A DNA stretch of 20,274 nucleotides from an uncultured archaeon (GTDB taxonomy: Archaea; Asgardarchaeota; Thorarchaeia; Thorarchaeales; Thorarchaeaceae). A model generated the notes under the pieces. The model searched no databases and was not told the origin of the DNA. It saw nothing but the letters and a program-made list of their open reading frames with translations. The stretch lies in NCBI GenBank assembly GCA_964458565.1, contig CAYWJO010000005.1:1-20274 (forward strand). Direction: 5' to 3'. Positions 1-8,210 of the stretch are shown in pieces. How positions within the stretch are numbered: the stretch's first letter is position 1; every line of letters begins with the position of its first letter. The translations under genes were made by a program, and so were the position numbers.

Positions 1-908
1 TATTCAAGTGGTTGGTCAAGTGCAGCCTCCCAAGGTTGTTTAGTAAATCCACCGCTGCAATGACAAAAAGTCGAGGACACATCAATATCATCGTTCACAA
101 TTGACTCTCGTGCCCATGCACAGTGACAGGCATAGTATCGCTTCATTCTCTCATCAGTTGCAGTGAGATATTCTTGAACCATGTATGGAATCTTCGTATG
201 ATAGATGGTGTTACCTCTTCTCTCGCCACTGAGGACGTCAGGACGGCTCTTGACAAATTCGACGACGTCATCGGTGATATATTGATTATAGAAGAGAGAA
301 CCATCGTCTCTATGTTTTTCTAGTTCTGCAATCGCATTCGCACGTTTCTCTTTTAGATAGGTATCAATATTACCAGCGTTCAGAAACTTCTCTCGTTCTC
401 CCTTTCTGAAGTCACGAGGTAATCCATGAGCAACGTCAGCCAAGATGCTCTTGCAGGTATCAGAATCCAAAACTTCCAATTGCTTCAATACTTCCCGAGT
501 TACTTTCGGTTTTTCAGTAGCAGGTAGACCTAAGGGAGGTAGGTTCTCTTTTGGGAGAATGTTGTCACGTTGCACCTCACCAAGATGTTCCTCTAGTCGT
601 TCATAGAGAACATTCATCACTTCGCCCCCGTCAAATATCTCAAGAACTGGAAGGAACAAATCCATATTCTTTACAAAGTATGCATACCGAGACAATGCAG
701 CAAAGTTGGAATAGGTATTTGCATTCTCTTCAATCAGGACCTTTGAAAATTTGGTGAATTCTTCTGCGGTAGCAGTTTCAAGTGTTTTTCCAAACTGTTC
801 TAGAAATTTTTCAAACTGTTCTACCATCTTTACGTTTTCAGCTACTTCCTCTTCAGGGATAGGTTGTTCCCTATCGGTCAGGTATTTTCGATAACCTTCC
901 GTATCCAT
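1..908 (-). CDS. Hypothetical protein, DUF6144-like Cys-motif family (3' end runs off the window; missing from the ORF track)
   Basis: Manual translation from ATG at 908 is open to the window edge: MDTEGYRKYLTDREQPIPEEEV...HTKIPYMVQEYL...MKRYYACHCAWARESI...STFCHCSGGFTKQPWEAALDQPLE. The YYxCHCxW and FCxCSxGF motifs resemble DUF6144/V4R-like proteins. Confidence 0.75.
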   Translation of the reverse strand, partial: MDTEGYRKYLTDREQPIPEEEVAENVKMVEQFEKFLEQFGKTLETATAEEFTKFSKVLIEENANTYSNFAALSRYAYFVKNMDLFLPVLEIFDGGEVMNVLYERLEEHLGEVQRDNILPKENLPPLGLPATEKPKVTREVLKQLEVLDSDTCKSILADVAHGLPRDFRKGEREKFLNAGNIDTYLKEKRANAIAELEKHRDDGSLFYNQYITDDVVEFVKSRPDVLSGERRGNTIYHTKIPYMVQEYLTATDERMKRYYACHCAWARESIVNDDIDVSSTFCHCSGGFTKQPWEAALDQPLE

Positions 909-1040
909 CTCTTCAACACCCACACAATCTTTACGTTAATGACTTATCAAGCGAAGGATGAAAGCAAGTGTTAAACTGTTTACTCGGAAAAAGTGAGGAT
1001 TCGAAGGCTTAGTACTAGTTGTTTTGTTTCTACAGTCGAT

Positions 1041-1090
1041 AGTTACTGGTAAGAGAGTTACTATTTTTTAGGTAACTGCTTTATTTATAA
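1041..1090 (+). promoter_or_regulatory. Putative operator (AGTTAC-N10-GTAACT plus an extra AGTTAC half-site) and TATA box upstream of fprA
   Basis: AGTTAC at 1041-1046 and 1056-1061, inverted copy GTAACT at 1072-1077, TTTATAA at 1084-1090, about 36 nt before the ATG at 1126. Confidence 0.45.
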
Positions 1091-1125
1091 CAGCGATTTA
1101 ACTATAGTATATTGAGACGATTTTA

Positions 1126-2319
1126 ATGATGAAAGCAGTTGAAGTTGTGAAAGATGTCTATTGGGTGGGTGCAGTAGACTATAATGTACGAAATTTCCAT
1201 GGATATAGCTACACTACTCATCATGGGACTACATTCAATGCATACTTGGTTATTGGGGAGAAGATTGCGTTAGTTGACGCAGTATTTGGGCCCTTCTCAA
1301 AAGAAATGTTTGAACGAATAGAAAGCGTGATTGACCCATCTAAAATTGATTATGTTGTATCAAATCATACTGAGATGGATCATTCAGGTGCAATACCTGA
1401 TGTATTGAATAGAGTCAATGATGCAATCTTGGTCTGTACTGATAGAGCAGTTGATGAACTTAAGAAACACTATGCAGATGGTTGGAACATTAAGACTGTA
1501 AAGACGGGTGACGAGATTGATTTAGGAGGGAAGACTCTAAGATTCTATGAAGCACCTATGCTTCATTGGCCTGAGAGTATGTTCACCTATTATGTTGAAG
1601 AAGAGCTACTAATGCCTAATGATGCCTTTGGACAACACTATGCAACAGCGAAACGTTTTGCGGATGAAGTTGATCAAAATGTACTCTGGAGAGAAGCTGA
1701 GAAGTACTATGCGAATATCTTATGGCCCTTGAGTCGCATGGTCCAGAAAAAGATTGAGGAAGTTATTGAACTAGGTCTTCCAATTAAGATAATCGCACCC
1801 TCTCATGGGCTGATTTGGCGGAAAGACCCTCTGCAGATTGTGACAAGATATCTGGAATGGGCAAAAGGAGAACGCACAACGGATAAGGTTGTAATTGCAT
1901 GGGATACCATGTACGAGTCTACTACCAAACTAGCAAGAGCAATGGCAGAAGGAATCAATGATGAAGGTTTGGAACCACTTCTAAGATTGATTCCACATAG
2001 CGACCGTAGTGATATCATAGCAGACCTCTTAGAGGCAAAAGGCATTCTGGTGGGATGTCCAACACTCCACAATGATATTCTTCCGACTGTTGCTTCAGTA
2101 TTGTCTGATTTTGGGGTATTGAAACCTGCGCGAAAGAAGGCAGCCGCATTCGGTTCCTATGGTTGGGGTGGTGGATCGGTCAAAAGAATCCAAAAGGCAA
2201 TGGAAGAGGGAAAGATGGACATCATAATGGAGCCGTTTACTGTAAAGTGGGTTCCAAACGAAGAAGAATTGAAACGTGCCTACGAGTATGGAAAGGAATT
2301 TGCAAAGAAAGTGAAATAG
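1126..2319 (+). CDS. fprA: Flavodiiron protein (FprA/A-type flavoprotein), class A: metallo-beta-lactamase-fold diiron domain plus flavodoxin domain
   Basis: Motifs GTTFNAYL, NHTEMDH (HxExDH), APMLHWPE, DAFGQH, APSHG; flavodoxin part with TMYEST and AFGSYGWGGG; 397 aa. Confidence 0.93.
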   Translation: MMKAVEVVKDVYWVGAVDYNVRNFHGYSYTTHHGTTFNAYLVIGEKIALVDAVFGPFSKEMFERIESVIDPSKIDYVVSNHTEMDHSGAIPDVLNRVNDAILVCTDRAVDELKKHYADGWNIKTVKTGDEIDLGGKTLRFYEAPMLHWPESMFTYYVEEELLMPNDAFGQHYATAKRFADEVDQNVLWREAEKYYANILWPLSRMVQKKIEEVIELGLPIKIIAPSHGLIWRKDPLQIVTRYLEWAKGERTTDKVVIAWDTMYESTTKLARAMAEGINDEGLEPLLRLIPHSDRSDIIADLLEAKGILVGCPTLHNDILPTVASVLSDFGVLKPARKKAAAFGSYGWGGGSVKRIQKAMEEGKMDIIMEPFTVKWVPNEEELKRAYEYGKEFAKKVK

Positions 2320-2322
2320 AAT

Positions 2323-3258
2323 ATGTCAAAAGAACATGCAGAGTACGATGTGGCAGTTATAGGAGGGGGGCCTGCTGGTCTCTCAGCTGGAATGATTTCA
2401 GCATATAAGGGTCTCAAGACCATTGTCTTTGAAGGTGGTACATGGGGAGGATTATTATCAACAATCTATCCCTACAAGCATATCTACAATTATCCAGGAA
2501 TTCCAAAAATCTTGGCCACCCATCTTGTTTCAGAATGGGTCAGACAAGCAGCTGATCTCGGAGTCTATTTAGTTCAGGAGCGGGTTATAAAGATTACAAA
2601 AGATAAAGACATACTAACTACTGAGGGGAAATATCACGCTAAGGTAATCACAATTGCTACCGGAATGAAACCAAATACGCTTGGAATTTCTGGTGAAGAA
2701 AAGTTCTCAAGAAAAAATAGCGGAGTGTTTCCATACGTTACCGAACCCGAATTCTTCCGCAACAAGAAAGTGTTAGTCGTTGGAGGTGGTGATACTGCAT
2801 TGGATGCAGTAATAGATGCTCACAAGGTGACTGACAAGATTTGGATTGCTCATCGAAAAGGTGAATTCAGAGCAGCAGAAACCACCCTAGAACAAGTGAT
2901 AGGACAAAATATGGCTGAAGTTCTATACAACACAGAGCTCGTTGATATACGAGGCGAAGCTGAGGTTTCACAGGTAACACTCCAAAATAATGATAATGGA
3001 GAAAAATGGGATCTTGCTATTGACCGTGTGATAATCGCTATTGGATTGGTTCCAAACACGGAAGTGTTTCATGATTTAGGTCTCGAGATGAATGGAAAAT
3101 TCATAGTCACTGATGATGAGATGAGGACTAATATTGAAGGGATGTTTGCAGCAGGTGATATTGTATCGGTATATCAGCTGGCAACAGTAGCTGCAGCTCA
3201 AGGAGCACTAGCAGCACATAATGCCTACAAATACATAAGAAAACCCTACTGGGCATGA
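2323..3258 (+). CDS. NAD(P)/FAD-dependent oxidoreductase of the TrxB fold without CxxC (YumC/TrxR-type ferredoxin-NADP+ reductase-like)
   Basis: GGGPAG FAD motif, GGLLSTIYPYKHIYNYPG (resembles YumC GGQLxxLYPEKxIYD), GGGDTA, HRK NADPH-type motif, TNIEGMFAAGD. The CxxC position reads GVFPYVTEP. Starts 3 nt after the fprA stop. Confidence 0.85.
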   Translation: MSKEHAEYDVAVIGGGPAGLSAGMISAYKGLKTIVFEGGTWGGLLSTIYPYKHIYNYPGIPKILATHLVSEWVRQAADLGVYLVQERVIKITKDKDILTTEGKYHAKVITIATGMKPNTLGISGEEKFSRKNSGVFPYVTEPEFFRNKKVLVVGGGDTALDAVIDAHKVTDKIWIAHRKGEFRAAETTLEQVIGQNMAEVLYNTELVDIRGEAEVSQVTLQNNDNGEKWDLAIDRVIIAIGLVPNTEVFHDLGLEMNGKFIVTDDEMRTNIEGMFAAGDIVSVYQLATVAAAQGALAAHNAYKYIRKPYWA

Positions 3259-3298
3259 AAAGATCTCTGGGTCAGTCAAATGGAGAGATGCCAGCTTG

Positions 3299-3345
3299 AT
3301 TTCAAGGCGTTGAAATGAAGGCTTATAGATGAAACGAGGATTTCA
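3299..3345 (+). promoter_or_regulatory. Two inverted repeats flanking a TATA-like box upstream of the nitroreductase gene
   Basis: ATTTCAA-GGCG-TTGAAAT (3299-3316), CTTATAGA (3322-3329), TGAAA-CGAGGA-TTTCA (3330-3345). Confidence 0.4.
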
Positions 3346-3379
3346 CTGGCTTGTCGATTTTGTGCTATACTGACATCTC

Positions 3380-4180
3380 ATGGTGAACATAATGGCCTCA
3401 TATGATGAAATAATCAAACAAAGAAGAGAATTATTGAAAGCCCATGACTATGAAGCTTACCCTCCTGAATCATGGTGGGAACCTGACCAACAAAAGGGTG
3501 TAAAAGCTCCACCATTAGAGAAACCTTATGATAAGGAGGGTGCTTTGATTGATTTGATTGCTCCAGAAGAATTCACCTTTGGGCAAGTATCGTTATTCAA
3601 TGCAATATCTAATCGTGAGAGCCGACGTGTCTATACAAATCAACTACTTACTCTCAAAGAACTATCTTTTCTATTATGGGCTACACAGGGAATACGAGAA
3701 ATTGACAAGAATCAGGTCTGGACCAAACGTGTAACACCATCAGGGGGTGGACGCCAGCCCTTCGAAACTTATCTGTTAATCAATCAGGTTGAAGACCTTG
3801 AACGAGGGGTATACCGGTACCTTCCTATTGAGCACAAACTTGTTGTGGTAAGCAAGAAATATCCGGATGCAGAAGAACTCATTAACAACGCCTGGTTTCA
3901 GAATTTCATTGGAAAGTCAGCAGTTGTCTTTGTTTGGGCAGCTATTCCGTATAAGATGGAATGGCGATATAGTATAATGAGTTACAAAGATATCCTCATC
4001 GAAGCAGGTCACATCTGTCAAAATCTGTATCTTGCATGTGAAGCAATCAATGCAGGAACATGTGCTATTGCTGCATATGATCAAAAGGTGCTGGATGATT
4101 TAATCTGTGTGGATGGCGAGAACGAAATGACTGTCTATATCTCACCAGTTGGGAAGATTGTAAGCTCTAAGGAGAAGTGA
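3380..4180 (+). CDS. SagB/ThcOx-family dehydrogenase (nitroreductase fold, FMN-binding)
   Basis: DQQKGVKAPPLEKPY, NRESRRVY, LSFLLWATQG, RVTPSGGGRQPFETY, GVYRYLPIEHKL, EAGHICQNLYLACEA. The start may be the ATG four codons downstream (3392). Confidence 0.88.
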   Translation: MVNIMASYDEIIKQRRELLKAHDYEAYPPESWWEPDQQKGVKAPPLEKPYDKEGALIDLIAPEEFTFGQVSLFNAISNRESRRVYTNQLLTLKELSFLLWATQGIREIDKNQVWTKRVTPSGGGRQPFETYLLINQVEDLERGVYRYLPIEHKLVVVSKKYPDAEELINNAWFQNFIGKSAVVFVWAAIPYKMEWRYSIMSYKDILIEAGHICQNLYLACEAINAGTCAIAAYDQKVLDDLICVDGENEMTVYISPVGKIVSSKEK

Positions 4181-4184
4181 TGCT

Positions 4185-5171
4185 GTGAAATATGATATTC
4201 GAGTAAATGAATCACAAGAAGATATTGAATTCCTGTGTGAATCATGTTTTCAGAATGCAAAGAGTATTGGTGCAATACAGTATACATCTCTTATAGAACA
4301 GAATCCTGATAAGAATGAGGGAGAAGTATATGAACTATTCAGAAGCGAGATGCTGGAGAGTTTTGATTTTACCAGAAAGGATTGTCGTGTCTATATCATA
4401 GATTATGATAAGGTTCCTATAGGCTATATTTGGGTGGCAATTCGTGATAGTGAAGACCCATGGGATATGGATCGTCCATTATGGATATTTGATATCTTTG
4501 TCCATTCTGAATGTAGGAGAAAAGGTCTAGCAAAACAGCTCTTGCAACAAGCAGAAGATTTTGCGAAAGAACTTGGAAGAAACATTGGTCTTTTTGTACA
4601 TGCACACAATACAGGAGCTATAAGACTATACGAATCATCGGGTTATGAGGTAAAGACGACCCCCATATCATGGAAATTTGAAGAAAATGACAAGATTATG
4701 AATTCGTTTCCCGAATATAGAGTAAGACAGCCCGTAAAAGAGGATAATCAGATTATTTGGAACATGGGACTTACTGCTTTTGAACGCCTTGTGAGGTATT
4801 CTACAGATGTTTCTGATGAGATTATCTTCAAAAAATATCAATCAATTCAGCAGGAATATGATTTACAAAGTGGAAAATATATGAGATATATTATATCTGA
4901 TTCCAGAGATGAGATTGTCGCCTTTATTTTAATGGGAGTAGCATATTTCAGTGAAGGGGTGAGTCTGGTTTATGATTTGGCCATAAAAGAGGGAGAAAAG
5001 AACAGTGATTTGCAGAAATTGTTGCTTGAAATGTTCAAGAAATGGTCAATTGATAATGAGCTCTCAACAGCATACATCTTACTACACTCTGAAAATGACA
5101 TATCTATTGATGTCTGCAAAGAGATGGAATTCAAGATTCTAGGTTATTTTATGGAAAAAAGGCTGAGATAA
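4185..5171 (+). CDS. Tandem GNAT-family N-acetyltransferase (C-terminal domain degenerate)
   Basis: IFVHSECRRKGLAKQLL (acetyl-CoA motif A) and NTGAIRLYESSGY. The second half repeats the same layout (IVAFILMG...VYDLAI). GTG start 4 nt after the previous stop. Confidence 0.8.
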   Translation: MKYDIRVNESQEDIEFLCESCFQNAKSIGAIQYTSLIEQNPDKNEGEVYELFRSEMLESFDFTRKDCRVYIIDYDKVPIGYIWVAIRDSEDPWDMDRPLWIFDIFVHSECRRKGLAKQLLQQAEDFAKELGRNIGLFVHAHNTGAIRLYESSGYEVKTTPISWKFEENDKIMNSFPEYRVRQPVKEDNQIIWNMGLTAFERLVRYSTDVSDEIIFKKYQSIQQEYDLQSGKYMRYIISDSRDEIVAFILMGVAYFSEGVSLVYDLAIKEGEKNSDLQKLLLEMFKKWSIDNELSTAYILLHSENDISIDVCKEMEFKILGYFMEKRLR

Positions 5172-5221
5172 GCGATAAGCCCTTTAGTCGATTATTATTT
5201 GTAAATGGTGGAGGTTTTCAC

Positions 5222-7399
5222 CTGCCCCATTACCCTATAGAAGACACATTTCCTGTAACAGAAATCAACAAGATTGCTGAGAAAGAATCAACAGGTTTTG
5301 GAAGAAGACATTACAGACCGGTTTATGTGATGCATAAATGGTGGGCAAGACGGCTGGGTTCGGTCTTTCGCAGTATTCTACTATACTCTCTCGCTGACAA
5401 AAATACCACAGATTGGAATCAAAATCCTGATGATTTGTGGAGATTGTACTCTCAAGATACTGATTTTTCAGGGAAAATTGTATTGGATCCGATGATGGGA
5501 GGGGGTACGACAGTTGTTGAAGCATTGAGATTCAGATGTAATGTAGTAGCAGGAGACCTGAATCCTGTTGCATGGTTCATTGTCAAGAAGCAAATAGAGA
5601 ATATTAATCCTGAAGTCATAAAACAAGCATTAGTAGAATTAGAAAAGGAACTTGGCAAGGAACTTCGTAGGTATTACAATACTACATGCCCTGAATGTGG
5701 TGCAGAAGCCGAAGCTATCTATTATTTTTACTGTAAGGAACTAGAATGTCCAGATTGTAACGAAATTGTTTCGCTTATGCGCAATTTCTTCCTTGCTAAA
5801 TCACCGAATCGATCAGGGGATTATGTCATCTGCCCCAGTTGTTGGGAAGTATTTGAAACAAAGAGCGCAAAAATTCAAACTGAATGCCCAAAATGTCAGG
5901 AAAGATTTGTTGCATATGATGTAACGAAGATAAAAAATCGTAGATACATCTGTTCTACTGAGAGTTGTGAAGGTGGCCGGATAATAGATTCAATCTCAGG
6001 TACTAGCAGATTGAAAGAGAGAATGTATGCTATAGAATTCCATTGTATGAACTGCGAATCTAGTAGGAATCCTAGATTGAAGATGGGTCGTGGATACAAA
6101 AAGGCTGAGATGCATGATAAAAAATTGTTAGAATTAGCAACAGAGGAGTTTGATCTTATTGAGAGTGAGTTGCCAATTCCGTCTACTGAGATACCAGTTG
6201 GGGTTGAAACTAAGCGTGCTCAAAATCACGGTTATGTACGTTTTCGAGATATGTTTAACTCTAGGCAACTGCTAAATTTGGGAAAGATTTACCGTTGGAT
6301 TCTTGGACTTCAGGACTGGAATCTAAGGGAGTTTCTTATTCTTGCCTTCTCAAATTCTTTAAAGTATAACAATATGTTTGCAAAATATAACAGTACTAGA
6401 GGCTTCATTACTGATATCTTCAGAACTCACTCGTTTTCACCATCAATGGCACCTGTTGAAGCAAATTGTTATGATACAGCTAAGGGACGAGGTTCATTCA
6501 CGGCATTTGTGAAATTGGTTATTGAGGGAAAGGAATATTGTCAATCTCCATTTGAAAGGGTAGAAATCGATGATGAGATACAGAAAGTCCATCATGAAAC
6601 TCGGATTTCTGCGAAGCTGGTTAAGAAATTTCAGAGAATAGGAGGAACCCAAACAGTATTTTTGCAGTGTGGTTCGTCTGAAAATTTGCGCATTCCCGAA
6701 AAATTTGTTGATGTGGCAATTACAGACCCTCCATATTATGATAATGTGATGTATAGTGAACTATCAAATTTCTTCTATGTATGGTTAAGATTAGGATTGA
6801 ATGAACAATATCCGTATTTTCAAGATGAATTAGTACCTTGGGAAGATGAGGTGATTGAGAATCGCATACAAGAGAAGCAAAAATCTGATTTTTCTGAAGG
6901 ACTGAAACGAATTTTTCAGGAAACCAATAGAGTGTTGAAAGATGATGGCTTGCTTGTCTTCACTTTTCATCATAAAAAGTTAGATGCATGGGACGCATTA
7001 TTGAGAGCGGTATTGAATGCAGGTTTCTATGTAACTGCAATATATCCGATTAGAAGTGAAATGCGAGCATCTACACATCTCCATGATATGAACAACATCG
7101 TCTATGATGTGATATTGGTATGCCGAAAGCGTACCAAAGAATCGGAATTTGTAACTTGGAAAACCATTCGTGACCGTATTTATAGGACGACCATAGAAAT
7201 CATAGATGAACTCATGTCCAATGAAGAACGACCTAGTATTTTGGATGTCTATATGATAGGTCTTGGTAAATGTATTGAGCATTATTCGAAACATTATCCA
7301 AATGTCGTTGAAAATGGTCGAAGAGTTGAAGTCGAAGATGTTCTGAAATCAATACAGGAGATTTTAGAACCAAGAATGCGGAATTTTGATTTTAGATGA
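5222..7399 (+). CDS. DUF1156-type amino-DNA (probably N6-adenine) methyltransferase with Zn ribbons; probable CTG start at 5222 (ORF track starts at 5327)
   Basis: HKWWARR, LDPMMGGGTT (SAM motif I), GDLNPVA, TDPPYYDN (motif IV), and several CxxC pairs. The upstream in-frame extension PHYPIEDTFPVTEINKIAEKES matches the usual DUF1156 N-terminus, with GGAGG 7 nt before the CTG. Confidence 0.85.
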   Translation: MPHYPIEDTFPVTEINKIAEKESTGFGRRHYRPVYVMHKWWARRLGSVFRSILLYSLADKNTTDWNQNPDDLWRLYSQDTDFSGKIVLDPMMGGGTTVVEALRFRCNVVAGDLNPVAWFIVKKQIENINPEVIKQALVELEKELGKELRRYYNTTCPECGAEAEAIYYFYCKELECPDCNEIVSLMRNFFLAKSPNRSGDYVICPSCWEVFETKSAKIQTECPKCQERFVAYDVTKIKNRRYICSTESCEGGRIIDSISGTSRLKERMYAIEFHCMNCESSRNPRLKMGRGYKKAEMHDKKLLELATEEFDLIESELPIPSTEIPVGVETKRAQNHGYVRFRDMFNSRQLLNLGKIYRWILGLQDWNLREFLILAFSNSLKYNNMFAKYNSTRGFITDIFRTHSFSPSMAPVEANCYDTAKGRGSFTAFVKLVIEGKEYCQSPFERVEIDDEIQKVHHETRISAKLVKKFQRIGGTQTVFLQCGSSENLRIPEKFVDVAITDPPYYDNVMYSELSNFFYVWLRLGLNEQYPYFQDELVPWEDEVIENRIQEKQKSDFSEGLKRIFQETNRVLKDDGLLVFTFHHKKLDAWDALLRAVLNAGFYVTAIYPIRSEMRASTHLHDMNNIVYDVILVCRKRTKESEFVTWKTIRDRIYRTTIEIIDELMSNEERPSILDVYMIGLGKCIEHYSKHYPNVVENGRRVEVEDVLKSIQEILEPRMRNFDFR

Positions 7400-8210
7400 T
7401 TGCAGAGATCCAAGGAAGCAAGCCATTGGATAATAAAATACAGAAAATTAGTAGTAGTATAGACAGAACTAGAGGAAAGGAGTCGACTACTCTCCATTTT
7501 GATTCTCGAAGATATGTTCGGGTTTTTCTGTATCCGAACCCTCGAGTATCCATGGAATTAGCAAGTGTATCTATACGAGAGAGTGCCGAAACTAATAATG
7601 GGAAGAATGTGAATCGTAACGACCTTAATAATTTGGAAGGGCTACCCACCTCCATTGTGATTCCTCTAGACCTCTGAGACATACGCACTAAATCGGTTTC
7701 GGCATCGAAAATGGGAAGAAAACGCAATGCTAATACCAATCCGAATGCGTATCTATAGGGAATTTGCAATCTTGTAAGTGAGTGTGCAAATAATGTAGGA
7801 TCCGTGATGGAGATAAAGAGCATGCTTGAGAAGACTATAATTAGAAAACGTAATGCAAGAATCAGACCACGTTCTAGACCATAGTCAGTAACAGGTAGTG
7901 CTGGACCAATATCACCATACTGAGGAATTATGAAAAACAAAATCTCGCCATTGATTGTAACCAGAAGTTGAATGACAAGCATAAATAACGAAAAAATTAC
8001 GAGAAAACGGATTCTGCGAGAGGATAATTTCAATGAAACTCCTGCAACACCAAAACAAGCTAGTATAACGACTAACAGAATAATAGATAGTATCCAGCTT
8101 GGATAGATGAAAATAGCAGCCATGATGAGTATGAGTGCGAAAAAGTTGATAGTTGGGTTGAGTCTGTGAAGTATGGAATCTCGTTTCGTGTATCCTAGAG
8201 ACCTACTCAA
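7392..8210 (-). CDS. ecfT: ECF transporter transmembrane T component (EcfT/CbiQ family)
   Basis: SILHRLNP, LALRFLP, SQRSRG and SMDTRGF (the two conserved X-Arg-Gly motifs); multiple hydrophobic helices; TTG start overlaps the ATPase stop (TTGA). Confidence 0.9.
   Translation of the reverse strand: MSRSLGYTKRDSILHRLNPTINFFALILIMAAIFIYPSWILSIILLVVILACFGVAGVSLKLSSRRIRFLVIFSLFMLVIQLLVTINGEILFFIIPQYGDIGPALPVTDYGLERGLILALRFLIIVFSSMLFISITDPTLFAHSLTRLQIPYRYAFGLVLALRFLPIFDAETDLVRMSQRSRGITMEVGSPSKLLRSLRFTFFPLLVSALSRIDTLANSMDTRGFGYRKTRTYLRESKWRVVDSFPLVLSILLLIFCILLSNGLLPWISAII

Noticed and set aside
123-757. Short plus-strand ORFs 123-323 and 551-757
   Set aside because: Antisense shadows of the long minus-strand gene at 1-908.
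2323-3258. Annotation as thioredoxin reductase trxB
   Set aside because: The redox-active CxxC is absent.
3256-3360. Selenocysteine read-through of the reductase TGA with a SECIS-like hairpin, or a hammerhead ribozyme
   Set aside because: The protein is already full length for its family, there is no Cys/Sec redox motif at the TGA, the AUGA/GA quartet does not form properly, and the CUGANGA hammerhead core is absent.
3380-5171. RiPP (TOMM) cluster suggested by the SagB-like dehydrogenase plus GNAT
   Set aside because: No YcaO, E1-like protein or precursor peptide is adjacent; stand-alone SagB-family nitroreductases are common in anaerobes.
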